DNA of 64,000 bases from assembly GCA_964482735.1 (NCBI GenBank), contig CAYZYV010000002.1, positions 86,061-150,060 on the forward strand. The letters are read 5' to 3'. This DNA is from an uncultured Candidatus Saccharibacteria bacterium. Its GTDB lineage: Bacteria; Patescibacteriota; Minisyncoccia; Phycocordibacterales; UBA9973. Under the pieces are notes generated by a model. The model was not told the DNA's origin. It searched no databases and saw nothing but the letters and a program-made list of their open reading frames with translations. The position numbers were made by a program, and so were the translations under genes. How positions within the stretch are numbered: the first letter of the stretch is position 1; each line of letters begins with the position of its first letter. Below are positions 18,198-28,301 of the stretch, in pieces.

Positions 18198-18812
18198 ATG
18201 GCTAAAATGTGTTATAATTCTTTCATGATGTTAATAGTAGGATTAGGAAATCCAGGAGAAGAATACAAGAACACAAGACACAATACAGGTCGTATGATTC
18301 TTGAAAACATTGCCAAAAGTAATGATTTTTCAGACTGGAAAAATAACTTAAAATTAAAAGCCTTATATGCAAAGGGTGAAATAGATGGTGCAAAATTAGA
18401 CTTCATGCTTCCTGAAACTTTTATGAATAATTCAGGTGTAGCTGTCTCACAAGTTATTAACGACAAGAAAAAATTAAAAAATCTAGTTGTTATTTATGAT
18501 GATATGGACTTACCTCTTGGGCATTATAAAATTTCATATAACAAAAGTTCAGGTGGGCACAATGGTCTAGCTTCAATAATCAAAAAAGTAAAGTCTCAAG
18601 AATTTACAAGGATCCGTATCGGAGTCTCACCTTCTACACCAACCGGCAAAATGAAAAAACCAAAAGGCGAAGATGCTGTTCTCAAGTTTCTTCTTGGTAA
18701 ATACAAAGAAGATGAATTAAAGGAAATCAAAAAGGTTTCTAAAAAAGTTTCTGAAATTATAAAAATGATTTCAGAAGAAGGCAAAGATAAAGCAATGACT
18801 TTATTCAATTAA
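18198..18812 (+). CDS. pth: Peptidyl-tRNA hydrolase
   Basis: LIVGLGNPGEEY...HNTG, FMNNSG and GGHNGLASI motifs. The true start is probably the internal Met near 18225. Confidence 0.9.
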   Translation: MAKMCYNSFMMLIVGLGNPGEEYKNTRHNTGRMILENIAKSNDFSDWKNNLKLKALYAKGEIDGAKLDFMLPETFMNNSGVAVSQVINDKKKLKNLVVIYDDMDLPLGHYKISYNKSSGGHNGLASIIKKVKSQEFTRIRIGVSPSTPTGKMKKPKGEDAVLKFLLGKYKEDELKEIKKVSKKVSEIIKMISEEGKDKAMTLFN

Positions 18813-18821
18813 AATTTTAAA

Positions 18822-18855
18822 AAAGAAAAAACTCTCAGTTGAGAGTTTTTTCTTT
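18822..18855. terminator. Bidirectional hairpin AAAAACTCTCAGTTGAGAGTTTTT
   Basis: Perfect stem with A and T flanks, between convergent pth and rpsA. Confidence 0.7.
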
Positions 18856-18872
18856 TAGTCTTTCGACAAAAA

Positions 18873-19991
18873 TTATTCAGCTTTCTTTTGGTCTTCTAGA
18901 TAAACTAGAGTCATTCTTTGATCTTTTGGTTCAAACAATGTTACTTGAAAATTATATGTCTTTCCTAGTTCAAGAGCCTTTCTTAGATTCTCTTCAGATC
19001 CAAATCCTGAGTTGTGAACCAATCCTGCTACTCCTTGCTTGATAGAAACCAAAGCACCGTGTTTGTTGAATTTAATAACTACCCCAGAAACGATATCTCC
19101 TTTCTTTAGATTGTCTTCAAATTCTTTCCAAGGATTTTCTTTTAGAGCCTTAATAGAAAGAGAAATTTTTCCATCTTTTATTTCTATTATTTTAGCCTTA
19201 ACATTATCTCCAACCTTGAACATGGATCTTGGATCTTCTACTAGACCCCAATCAATTTCAGAAATGTGAACTAATCCTTCTAGACCTTCTTCTAATTTCA
19301 AGAATACTCCGAAATCAACAATTCCTGCAACGGCACATTCTAATTCATCTCCAACCTTATACTTTTCAACTATCTCTTGTCTCTCTTCTGGATTATTATC
19401 CTTTTCAGAGAAGATAAGTTTACCTTCTTTTGGTAAAGCAGAAATGATTATCACTTCTATCCTCTTTCCAATCAAAAGTTTTAGGGCTTTCAATATTTTA
19501 TCTTTATCAGAATCTTCTACTCTAGGATAGTGATCACTCTTTAATTGTGAGGCTGGTAAGAATCCTGCGATTCCTTGCCATTCAAGAATCAAACCTCCCT
19601 TGTTAGCCTCCTTTACAGTAAGCTCTAGAGTTGTTTTTGACTTGATAGCTTTTTCTGCTTCACTCCAAATTAGAGCTTGTTTAGCTTCTTTCAAAGAAAG
19701 TTCAATGTATCCTTCTTCATTATCCAATCCTGTAACTTTTGCTTTAACAGTGTCTCCGATATTAACCTTTCGGATAATATCTTTTGCATTTATAAATTCT
19801 CTTCCATATATAATACCAGTTCCATAAGGAGCAAGATCTATATAGACTGAAGATTTAAGAATCGCAATAACTGGACCTTCAACTAAAGCCTCTATTTGAG
19901 GAGGTAGTTCAGCTTTATCTAATTTTTTCATAAAACTAGAATCTGCTTTAGCGTGATCCACAGTATCTTTTTTTTCTGTATCTTTTTCCAT
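18873..19991 (-). CDS. rpsA: Ribosomal protein S1-like (four S1 RNA-binding domains)
   Basis: Repeated S1-domain pattern (GxV.G.V..I..fGaFV.l..g.eGLvHiSE). Confidence 0.7.
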   Translation of the reverse strand: MEKDTEKKDTVDHAKADSSFMKKLDKAELPPQIEALVEGPVIAILKSSVYIDLAPYGTGIIYGREFINAKDIIRKVNIGDTVKAKVTGLDNEEGYIELSLKEAKQALIWSEAEKAIKSKTTLELTVKEANKGGLILEWQGIAGFLPASQLKSDHYPRVEDSDKDKILKALKLLIGKRIEVIIISALPKEGKLIFSEKDNNPEERQEIVEKYKVGDELECAVAGIVDFGVFLKLEEGLEGLVHISEIDWGLVEDPRSMFKVGDNVKAKIIEIKDGKISLSIKALKENPWKEFEDNLKKGDIVSGVVIKFNKHGALVSIKQGVAGLVHNSGFGSEENLRKALELGKTYNFQVTLFEPKDQRMTLVYLEDQKKAE

Positions 19992-20336
19992 AAATTATTT
20001 TAAACTAAAAAAACCGCATCTTTACCAATCTTACGAAAGGTCTTGCGGCACAGTTGAAGCTCTCTTGGTTTGAATTCAAAAATAAAAAACAAAAGGATTA
20101 ATCTTCTAACTGGGCTATTAATGAGCTTACAATACTATATTTTTCCAATTCTTGCAAGTGTTTTGATGAAATAATTTTGTCAAAACTCTATGACACATTT
20201 ATTAGCCTTCTGTCAATAGTATTTATGTGGTAAAATAGTGCTCATAAAACCCTTTTAGATAAACGATGGGTAACATTATTAGGTTAATTTTGCAGATAAT
20301 ACGACCTTTAAACGATCGCAACCTGCGCATAATAGA

Positions 20337-20918
20337 ATGGAAAGTGATATAGAAAATCAAAAAACGGTAAAAAAGTTTTCTGATAAAAAGAAAGATATTT
20401 TAGATTTTATTAAATATATCGTAATAGCTATCTTGATAGTAATACCAGTTAGAATGTTTATCGCTCAACCTTTTATAGTCAGCGGAGAATCAATGTTCTC
20501 GACTTTCTTGGACGGAGATTACTTAATCATAGATGAAATATCATATCACTTAGGACAGCCACATCGTGGAGACGTTGTTGTTTTTAAATACCCTCTTGAC
20601 CCTACCAGATTCTTTATTAAAAGAATTATCGGTTTACCAAATGAAGATATAACAATAAAAGATGGAGTCATCACTATCATCAACAAAGAAAATCCTGATG
20701 GTTTCGTGTTAGATGAACCATACCTAAAACAAGATTTTAAAGATAATTTTGATTTCAAAACCGGAGACAAAGAATACTTTGCTATGGGTGACAACAGGGC
20801 AAGAAGTTCTGATTCTAGATCTTGGGGGGTACTACCTGAAGATTTAATTATCGGCCGAGCTTTTGTGAGATTATTACCTCTTAACAGTATTTCTTATTTA
20901 CCAGGAAGTACAAAATAA
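20337..20918 (+). CDS. lepB: Signal peptidase I
   Basis: Catalytic Ser region SGESM, the RGDVVVF box, the FIKRIIGLPNE box and GDNRARSSDSR. Confidence 0.85.
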   Translation: MESDIENQKTVKKFSDKKKDILDFIKYIVIAILIVIPVRMFIAQPFIVSGESMFSTFLDGDYLIIDEISYHLGQPHRGDVVVFKYPLDPTRFFIKRIIGLPNEDITIKDGVITIINKENPDGFVLDEPYLKQDFKDNFDFKTGDKEYFAMGDNRARSSDSRSWGVLPEDLIIGRAFVRLLPLNSISYLPGSTK

Positions 20919-20922
20919 AAAA

Positions 20923-22212
20923 ATGGAACACAAAAAAGTAAAATTTCCTATAAATTCAGTTAAAGGAATGCGAGACATTTTAGACAGTCAGTATTACCAA
21001 TTTCAAGGGTTCTTTGAAAAGGCACAAGAAGTTGCTGTTTATTATGGATTTAAACCTATTGAAACTCCTATAGTTGAAGATGAAAATGTCTTTACCTCTT
21101 CTATCGGTACCGGAACTGATATTGTTGATAAAGAAATGTACACGCTTAAAACAAAAGGTGGCGATCATTTAGCTCTTAGACCCGAACACACTGCAGGCTT
21201 AATGAGAAGTTATATAGAGAAAGGTATGCAAGCTCTTCCTCAACCCATAATGTTTTATAGCTATGGTCCAGTTTTTCGTCACGACAACCCCCAAAAAGGA
21301 CGTTACCGACAATTCTATCAATTCGATATGGATATACTAGGAAGCGAGAAACCAATCTTGGATGCGCTTGCTATTAAAACGGCGATGACTATTTTGGAAG
21401 AAGCTGGAGCAAAAGATTTATCTGTTGAAATAAATTCAATCGGAGATAAAGAGTGTCGACATTCTTATATTAAAGAACTTTCTTCTTTTTACAAAAAGAA
21501 TATCAATGCTTTGCCTGCTATAGATAAAGAGAGACTAAAAACAAATCCTCTTCGCATCTTAGATTCCAAAGAAGAAAAAACTGTTGAACTAAATCAAAAC
21601 GCACCCGAAACTCTTTCTCACCTTTGTCCGCAATGCAAGAAACACTTTAAAGAGGTTTTGGAATATCTTGAAGAATGCGAAATCCCCTACACAATCAATA
21701 AATGTTTAGTACGAGGTCTTTCTTATTATTCAAGAACTGTAGTTGAAATAGTTCAAGAAGATAAAGAAACAGGAAGAAAAATGGCAGTTGCCGGAGGCGG
21801 ACGCTATGACTACTTAGGTAAACAACTAGGAAGCAAGAAAGATGTTCCTGCAGTAGGTATTGCTATTGGTGTAGACAGAATCATCGAATCACCTTGGTTC
21901 GCAAATCTTTCTCCTAGAATTATCAAGAAGCCAAAGATATACTTCATCCAACTTGGTTTTGAAGCAAAGCTAAAATCTTTAAATGTTATTGAAATATTAA
22001 GAAAAGGTAAAGTGCCAATTTCTCAATCAATATCAAAAGATAATCTAAGCGCACAATTAGCTACTGCAGAAAAGCTGGGTATGGAATACGCTATTATTTT
22101 CGGACAAAAAGAAGCTCTAGAAAATTCTGTGATTTTTAGAGACATGAGCTCTAGATCTCAAGAAACAGTCAAAATTGATAAGCTCTTAGAATACATCAAG
22201 AGTGTTAAATAA
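20923..22212 (+). CDS. hisS: Histidine--tRNA ligase
   Basis: Class II aaRS motifs (GMRDIL...; LRPEHTAG; GGGRYD) and a C-terminal anticodon-binding domain. Confidence 0.9.
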   Translation: MEHKKVKFPINSVKGMRDILDSQYYQFQGFFEKAQEVAVYYGFKPIETPIVEDENVFTSSIGTGTDIVDKEMYTLKTKGGDHLALRPEHTAGLMRSYIEKGMQALPQPIMFYSYGPVFRHDNPQKGRYRQFYQFDMDILGSEKPILDALAIKTAMTILEEAGAKDLSVEINSIGDKECRHSYIKELSSFYKKNINALPAIDKERLKTNPLRILDSKEEKTVELNQNAPETLSHLCPQCKKHFKEVLEYLEECEIPYTINKCLVRGLSYYSRTVVEIVQEDKETGRKMAVAGGGRYDYLGKQLGSKKDVPAVGIAIGVDRIIESPWFANLSPRIIKKPKIYFIQLGFEAKLKSLNVIEILRKGKVPISQSISKDNLSAQLATAEKLGMEYAIIFGQKEALENSVIFRDMSSRSQETVKIDKLLEYIKSVK

Positions 22213-22248
22213 ATGTCGATTGAATCGTTAATTTAAGAAAAAAGTTAG

Positions 22249-22794
22249 ATGGTAAAAATAGTTCAAAATGGAGATAGAGTGCTTAGACAAATTGCTAAAG
22301 CCGTGCCTATTTCCCATATCCTAAAACCAGATATTCAAAAAATTGTTGCTGATATGAATCATGCTCTAGACGGAGAATTCGACGGAGCAGCAATAGCCGC
22401 ACCTCAAATAGCACAATCTTTGAGAATCTTTGTGGTGTCTAGAAAAGTTTTTGCAGAAGACGACGAAAACCATCCAACAGTCTACAATGGAATAGCTTTA
22501 AAAAAGAAAACCCCGAACATGGTTTTTATCAATCCCAAAATTTTAAAAATTTCCAAAGATAAGAAATTAATGGAGGAAGGGTGCCTTTCTGTAAGACCAT
22601 TGTTCGGTAAAGTCAGAAGGGCCACTAGAGTCACTGTAGAGGCCTACAACGAGCGTGGTGAGAAGTTTACGATGGAAGGCACAGGATTACTAGCCCATGT
22701 TTTTCAACACGAAATTGACCATTTAGAGGGTGTCCTATTTATAGATAAAGCCAAAAATCTCAGGGAGATTTATTATAATGATGAAAAAAAGTAA
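22249..22794 (+). CDS. def: Peptide deformylase
   Basis: EGCLS and HEIDHLEG metal-binding motifs. Confidence 0.9.
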   Translation: MVKIVQNGDRVLRQIAKAVPISHILKPDIQKIVADMNHALDGEFDGAAIAAPQIAQSLRIFVVSRKVFAEDDENHPTVYNGIALKKKTPNMVFINPKILKISKDKKLMEEGCLSVRPLFGKVRRATRVTVEAYNERGEKFTMEGTGLLAHVFQHEIDHLEGVLFIDKAKNLREIYYNDEKK

Positions 22795-23617
22795 AGTAAA
22801 TTTTATTTTCTTTGGAACTCCAGACGTCGCGAGTAACACTCTTCGAATTCTTAAACAGAACGGTCTTCTTCCCGAGGTTATAGTTACTTCTCTAGACAAA
22901 CCAAGAGGAAGAAAGATGGTTATCACCCCATCGCCAGTGAAAGTTTGGGCAATAGAAAATGGTATACCTTATTTACAACCAGAAAAAATAGATGGTGCTT
23001 TTATCTCTGAATTAAAAAAATATGATGTGGATCTATTTTTAGTAGTGGCTTATGGGAAAATACTTCCAGAAGAATTAATTAATCTTCCTAAAAAAGGAAC
23101 CATTAATATTCATTACTCTCTTTTACCAAAGTACAGAGGGGCTTCACCTGTCGAATCGGCACTTCTAAATGGAGATACAGCAACTGGTGTTTCTATCCAA
23201 AAGATGGTTTACAAACTAGATAGCGGTCCAATAATAGCAAGAAAAAATGTAGAGATAAACCCTGATGATAACAAAGAAACCCTTAGGGGTAATCTCATAA
23301 AAACAGGGGCAGAGTTATTGTTAGAATCCCTACCAGACTTTTTAGAAGATAAAATAAAACTAGAAGAACAGAAAGAGGAAGAATCAACATTTTGTTGTAA
23401 GATAAAAAAAGAAGATGGTGAGATTAAGCTAGAAGATAACGATTTAAAAAACTACAATAAATATAGGGCTTTTTACGGTTGGCCAGGAGTATTTTTCTTC
23501 AAAGAAGTTGACGGTAAAAAAATAAGGTACAAAATAACTAAAGCTCGTCTCGAAAATAATATATTCACTATCGAAAAAGTTATTCCTGAGGGTAAAAAAG
23601 AAACTGATTACAAATAA
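22778..23617 (+). CDS. fmt: Methionyl-tRNA formyltransferase
   Basis: The formyltransferase N-domain catalytic HxSLLP region is present as NIHYSLLPKYRGASP. def-fmt synteny. Confidence 0.9.
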   Translation: MMKKSKVNFIFFGTPDVASNTLRILKQNGLLPEVIVTSLDKPRGRKMVITPSPVKVWAIENGIPYLQPEKIDGAFISELKKYDVDLFLVVAYGKILPEELINLPKKGTINIHYSLLPKYRGASPVESALLNGDTATGVSIQKMVYKLDSGPIIARKNVEINPDDNKETLRGNLIKTGAELLLESLPDFLEDKIKLEEQKEEESTFCCKIKKEDGEIKLEDNDLKNYNKYRAFYGWPGVFFFKEVDGKKIRYKITKARLENNIFTIEKVIPEGKKETDYK

Positions 23618-23619
23618 TA

Positions 23620-23655
23620 AAAAAGAACCCACTTCTACAGGGTTCTTTTTTATTG
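23620..23655. terminator. Bidirectional hairpin AAAAAGAACCC-ACTTCTACAG-GGTTCTTTTTT
   Basis: Between convergent fmt and hpf. Confidence 0.7.
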
Positions 23656-23657
23656 TT

Positions 23658-24041
23658 TTATTCTTTGTGAGAAAAGCCTCTTAGTAATTTTTTAATAGCC
23701 GCTGCTCCATTTTTAACTAGCTCTCTTCTTCTGCCACGACTATTCTTAATTTGTCTAAGAATTTCTTTCTTCGCATCATCTATCGATTTATATAAATCTG
23801 ATTTTTCTGAAAAAGTATAGAACTTTTTACCAGATATATCTATATTAAATTCTGCTCTATAATAATCCCCTTGTTTATGCCTGTTACTTGTCTTCCCTAC
23901 TTCGATAAAAATCTGCATTTCTTCTTCTGGTTTTTTAAACTTATCAAACCCCTCTATCTTTGATCTCAAGTAATTATCAATAGCTTCGGTTAATTCCATG
24001 TTGGTTGCCTTTATGTTTATGTTCATATTGTTATTAATCAT
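23658..24041 (-). CDS. hpf: Ribosome hibernation promoting factor (RaiA/HPF family)
   Basis: N-terminal NINIKATNMELTEAIDNYLRSKI and the short 127-aa length fit the family. Confidence 0.8.
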   Translation of the reverse strand: MINNNMNINIKATNMELTEAIDNYLRSKIEGFDKFKKPEEEMQIFIEVGKTSNRHKQGDYYRAEFNIDISGKKFYTFSEKSDLYKSIDDAKKEILRQIKNSRGRRRELVKNGAAAIKKLLRGFSHKE

Positions 24042-24255
24042 TAATTAATAATAATTTACTACCTTTGTGGTGACCACTCACAATTTTAACTTCTTTTAAT
24101 TGCACATTGTAAAGGGACGAGATTATTTCACAAATTCTTCTGTTGGCCTGGTTATTTTCTGCTTTTTCTTTAACTGAAATATAAAAAGTGTTCTCTGCTT
24201 TCTTGTCTATCTTTTCTTTTTTTTCTCCTACTTTAACTCTTACTTTTATATACAT
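24034..24255 (-). CDS. DUF167/YggU family protein
   Basis: 73 aa with C-terminal IVSGHHKGSKLLLI typical of UPF0235. Confidence 0.55.
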   Translation of the reverse strand: MYIKVRVKVGEKKEKIDKKAENTFYISVKEKAENNQANRRICEIISSLYNVQLKEVKIVSGHHKGSKLLLIND

Positions 24256-24256
24256 G

Positions 24257-24640
24257 TTAATTTTTATTTTTCAAAAGTAATTCTTTAATTTCCTTAATAT
24301 CTTTTTTTAACTCATCTAATTCACCTTCTTCTTTTATTATTTCTTCTTTTGTTTTTTCATCTACTCTTTTTTCGTGTTGCAAACCTGATATGACTATATT
24401 ATCTCCAATAAAGAAAGAAACAAATAAACCCGTGAGCATCGCCAGTATTATTCCACCAATCAAAGACACCCAGATAGACAAATTTAAAGAATCCGAAACC
24501 CCCCAGACTCCTCTCCAGATGGAAACTGTAGCTACTGCTCCTATAAAAGAATACACGAGTGGAGATTTTGAAAGTCTCCCTCTTATCCTATCTTCTAATT
24601 TATCAAAATAATGATGTATCTTTTTATATGCTTTTATCAT
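24257..24640 (-). CDS. Two-TM membrane protein with coiled-coil tail, hypothetical
   Basis: Hydropathy shows two TM segments, followed by a charged KEE-rich C-terminus. Confidence 0.35.
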   Translation of the reverse strand: MIKAYKKIHHYFDKLEDRIRGRLSKSPLVYSFIGAVATVSIWRGVWGVSDSLNLSIWVSLIGGIILAMLTGLFVSFFIGDNIVISGLQHEKRVDEKTKEEIIKEEGELDELKKDIKEIKELLLKNKN

Positions 24641-24645
24641 ACTCT

Positions 24646-26172
24646 TTAATTATACCATCCAACCATAAGCATTCCAAATAGGCCTATTATTGCCAAGCAA
24701 AACAAGCAAGGCAATATTACTGCTTTAAGTATTTTTCTCTCTTGATTTTTAGCTCCAATTACAGCTTCAGCCGTTAAAATATCAGCTATGGCAATCATAT
24801 TTCCAGTACTGGCCCCAACCACAAGTAAAGCTAACACTATATCTGTACTTATCCCCACACTCATAGAGGCAGTATTAAACAATGTACCAAACAAAACGTT
24901 GGAGGTGGTCACACTCCCCGTCGCAAAAGAGCCAAAGGCTCCAGCTAACGGTGCATATAATGGAATAAAACTACTTTCGATAGAACTAGCGAGTAATTTA
25001 ATCGGTGACAAAAGTCCAGAATAATTAGAACCAGCATTAATCATTATTTGAACCATTATTAACATAAAAGATATTGCCAAAAATGGGCTGAGAGCTCCTT
25101 TAAAAGAACTTTTAACATAAGAAAAAGAAATTTTTATTTTTTCCCAAAAAGCAACAATTAAACCAACGACAATAAAGACAAGCCCTGGATTAAATAAATT
25201 AAAGTTATGATTAAAGTTTATACCTATTGGTATATTGATTTTTCCTAATGTGAATTTACCTACAATCAAAAACAAAATCAAAATTATATAAGGTAAAAAG
25301 GATCTCACAATAGAAGCCGTTGGTTTCTCTCCTTCTATGGCTGTTATTGAAATTTCTTCTTTTGGAGTAAATATTTTTAATTTAATAGATATTAGAACAA
25401 GTACTAATCCCACTATCGCTCCAACAATTGAAGGAAATTCTTGTCCTAAAAATCTGGCTGCTAGAAGTGAAGGTCCTAAAAACAGTAGCCCAGACCACAA
25501 AGCAAACGGGGTGGCATTAAGAAATTCTTTATTTTTATTTGGTCTACCCCTAGTCACTACCCACATCATAAATACCGGGATAATAATACCAACCATATTA
25601 AAGATGGCTGCTAAATAAGGAACCCCAGCTGAAGATAAATTAGAAAAACCAACTTTTATGGGAGTCCCCGCAGCTCCAAATATACCAGGAGAACTATTCC
25701 CCAAAAGACTTATTATCAAAGAAGTTATCGGCGATAGGCCGACTCCGATCAATAAAGGCACAGCCACGGCTGCAGGGGTTCCGAACCCTGCAGTTCCTTC
25801 TAATAATGCTTCAAAAAACCATGCGATAACTATTACTTGTATTCGATAGTCTTTTGATAAATTAGAAAGATAAAAAGAAATATTTTTTATTATATTTTTA
25901 CTTTTTAAAATTTCCAAAAAGAAAATGGCACCAAATATGATTAGAAAAATATCCAAGGCTACAAACAACCCCTTACCAAATGAAGCATACAAAGCTTCGG
26001 GATAAATTTTCCAATAAAAAACAGCAAGGAGAACATAGAGCAAGAGTGTAAAGAGAGATGATTTTAGAAGTGTTGTCTTTCTAACAAAAATCAAATAGAC
26101 AAAAACAACAAAAGGGATGATAGCTAAAATTATTGGTAGATTATTCATGATTATATTGTAACACAAAATCAT
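24646..26172 (-). CDS. L-lactate permease (LctP) family transporter
   Basis: 508-aa polytopic membrane protein with Gly-rich re-entrant motifs (GTAGFGTPAAVAVPLLIGVG; GSVTTSNVLFG), as in the LctP family. Confidence 0.65.
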   Translation of the reverse strand: MILCYNIIMNNLPIILAIIPFVVFVYLIFVRKTTLLKSSLFTLLLYVLLAVFYWKIYPEALYASFGKGLFVALDIFLIIFGAIFFLEILKSKNIIKNISFYLSNLSKDYRIQVIVIAWFFEALLEGTAGFGTPAAVAVPLLIGVGLSPITSLIISLLGNSSPGIFGAAGTPIKVGFSNLSSAGVPYLAAIFNMVGIIIPVFMMWVVTRGRPNKNKEFLNATPFALWSGLLFLGPSLLAARFLGQEFPSIVGAIVGLVLVLISIKLKIFTPKEEISITAIEGEKPTASIVRSFLPYIILILFLIVGKFTLGKINIPIGINFNHNFNLFNPGLVFIVVGLIVAFWEKIKISFSYVKSSFKGALSPFLAISFMLIMVQIMINAGSNYSGLLSPIKLLASSIESSFIPLYAPLAGAFGSFATGSVTTSNVLFGTLFNTASMSVGISTDIVLALLVVGASTGNMIAIADILTAEAVIGAKNQERKILKAVILPCLFCLAIIGLFGMLMVGWYN

Positions 26173-26183
26173 ATTAAAAAATA

Positions 26184-26210
26184 AAAACCTCTCAGAGTGA
26201 GAGGTTTTTA
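26184..26210. terminator. Hairpin AAAAACCTCTCAGAGTGAGAGGTTTTT
   Basis: Perfect stem, bidirectional. Confidence 0.65.
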
Positions 26211-26214
26211 TTTT

Positions 26215-26838
26215 TTACTTAGTCTTTAACCAAGATATCATTTTCTTAAATGTTCCTGGACCAGCTGCTCCGTCGGCGGTAAGCCCTACTGCTTTTTGAT
26301 AATTTTTGACTGCAGTTACCGTACTTGGACCATAGTCATTATCTATTTTATTTTTTGTATTGTTATATAAGTTCAAGAACTTCTGAACAGTACCAACTGC
26401 TGGACCTTGTGATTTCAATTTTAGGTTAACATTTTTATTAACCAAACTCTGCAATTCATCAATTAATGATTGGTATTTGTATGTTTTTGTTGGTGTAGAA
26501 GTCGTAGTCGGAGTAGAAGGTTTGCTTTCTGTTGGAGTTGGTTCTTCAGCTACCTTTTCTACTTCCTGATTTTTTGCTTCGATTTCCGCTAAGTAGTCTT
26601 CTTGGTTTTTTTCTTCTAGCAAACCAAGCTGTCTCTTTAACTGATAATTTTCATCAGTTAATTCTTTTACCTTTTGTTCTAAATCTTTCTGCTTTTGAGA
26701 TTCTATATGATTAGTACCTGATTCAATCGTAGAAAATGCCCAATAAGCTGCACCTCCAAATAACAATACAATAAAAATTGAAACTATACTAAATTTTAAA
26801 TTTTCAAATTTTCTTCTCATTACTTGTAATTTATACAA
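26215..26838 (-). CDS. Membrane-anchored coiled-coil protein with C-terminal peptidoglycan-binding (PG_binding_1-like) domain
   Basis: N-terminal TM helix, a Q/E-rich coiled coil, a PT-rich linker, then the C-terminal sequence VQKFLNLYNN...GPSTVTAVKNYQKAVGLTADGAAGPGT. Confidence 0.5.
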   Translation of the reverse strand: MYKLQVMRRKFENLKFSIVSIFIVLLFGGAAYWAFSTIESGTNHIESQKQKDLEQKVKELTDENYQLKRQLGLLEEKNQEDYLAEIEAKNQEVEKVAEEPTPTESKPSTPTTTSTPTKTYKYQSLIDELQSLVNKNVNLKLKSQGPAVGTVQKFLNLYNNTKNKIDNDYGPSTVTAVKNYQKAVGLTADGAAGPGTFKKMISWLKTK

Positions 26839-26850
26839 AATTATTATTTC

Positions 26851-26976
26851 TTAGAAACCTTTTTTGATTTCTTAGCTGTTAGCATTGCTCTTTTGGCTTC
26901 TAATCTCTTAGTAGTCTTAGGAGAATGTCTTGATTTCACGTGTGCAATTAATGCTGTTGCTCTTTTTGCCATATTT
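26851..26976 (-). CDS. Small highly basic 42-aa protein (MAKRATALIAHVKSRHSPKTTKRLEAKRAMLTAKKSKKVSKK), ribosomal-protein-like
   Basis: Not in the ORF track because it is under 60 aa. Has a clean ATG and TAA. The composition resembles small ribosomal proteins, but the family is not identified. Confidence 0.35.
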
Positions 26977-27067
26977 TAATTAAAAATTATTTAATAATCT
27001 TCCTTTATTATACATTAAAATGTATCCGAACGCAAAAATAAAAAGCATCAAAACAATTTTGTTAGTT

Positions 27068-27745
27068 TTAATACTTTTTTTTGTTTATCAACGTCTGAAG
27101 ATGGATGTCTAAGTTAAATCTCAGCAGAATCCACAAAGGGGCTTTGGTAACCACCATTATCAAAAAAGAAATTAATCTTATGGGTATAATCTGTTCTGGG
27201 TCATCCCATACATCTTTTCTGTACTGACCAATAAAATCAGTAATTTTTTTATCATCCAATTTTGTCTTCAGGAAATAGAGTTTAATAATTGATTCTTCTT
27301 TTATAAACTTCAAAACGTCTTTGCGTTCTAAAATTCTTGTTAAAATAGACAGATCACAGAATGACTTTGAAATTGTTTCTGACACCTTAGCAATGTTAGA
27401 ATAACAATTATATTTTTTATCGGCCAATATTGACCAATATAGCATTTCTGGAACCGAAAATTTTAAAGTTTCGTGATTAAAAAGTAAAAACCAATTTTGA
27501 GGATTTTTGGCCCTCTTACAAAACGAGACCCCAACAGATTTTGTCATGTCGGGTCTATTCAAAAATGCTTTATGCATGACAGGGTCGTAGAAAAACCTTT
27601 TCAATGTAGTTCTTTTAGCTCTTTTTAAACTCATCCTTTCAGGTTTACTGATCCTATCTTGAATAGATAATCTCTTTTTATACAGTCGTTCTCTAGCTTT
27701 CTGGTTCATATATATTAAATTTACAGTTCGGTTTGATACTAACAT
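27068..27745 (-). CDS. Hypothetical protein (225 aa)
   Basis: ORF only. Basic N-terminus and hydrophobic C-terminus. Confidence 0.35.
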   Translation of the reverse strand: MLVSNRTVNLIYMNQKARERLYKKRLSIQDRISKPERMSLKRAKRTTLKRFFYDPVMHKAFLNRPDMTKSVGVSFCKRAKNPQNWFLLFNHETLKFSVPEMLYWSILADKKYNCYSNIAKVSETISKSFCDLSILTRILERKDVLKFIKEESIIKLYFLKTKLDDKKITDFIGQYRKDVWDDPEQIIPIRLISFLIMVVTKAPLWILLRFNLDIHLQTLINKKKY

Positions 27746-27795
27746 CCAAATATACTTAAGTCAAACTAAAAATGAGCCCATTTAGGGTTCATTTT

Positions 27796-28197
27796 TTAGT
27801 CACATATTTGAGTACAGTGTGCACACCTTTTTGCGTCTATTGGTATCTCACTCAAACATTCTTTGCACTTTTTTGTTGTTGGATCTATCGGAGGTTCCTT
27901 TCTCGAGCGAGAAATTAAAATATTCATTGGTTTTACAACAAAGAAAAAGATAGATGAGGCAACCAAAATAAATGAAACCAAAGAGTTGATAAAGTGACCA
28001 TACATAAACTTACTACCATTAATAGTAAAAAATAATCCAGAGAAGTCGGGAGATTTAGCTATAGCTGCAATCAGGGGTGTGATTAAGTCTGAAACAAGAG
28101 AAGAAACTATTGTTCCAAACGCAGCTCCCACTACAACACCGACTGCTAGGTCAACAACATTACCTCTAAATAAAAATTGTTTAAATTCTTTTAACAT
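27796..28197 (-). CDS. mscL: Large-conductance mechanosensitive channel MscL with C-terminal CxxC...CxxC zinc-ribbon tail
   Basis: N-terminal MLKEFKQFLFRGNVVDLAVGVVVGAAFG is the MscL signature. C-terminal CKECLSEIPIDAKRCAHC. Confidence 0.8.
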   Translation of the reverse strand: MLKEFKQFLFRGNVVDLAVGVVVGAAFGTIVSSLVSDLITPLIAAIAKSPDFSGLFFTINGSKFMYGHFINSLVSFILVASSIFFFVVKPMNILISRSRKEPPIDPTTKKCKECLSEIPIDAKRCAHCTQICD

Positions 28198-28301
28198 ATA
28201 TTTATTATATCATAAAAAATAAAACGATTAATCACTCCATTTGGTATATAGGTTAAGACATCTTTGACAAAGGTATTTAAAAATGTTAAAAATACAGAAA
28301 A

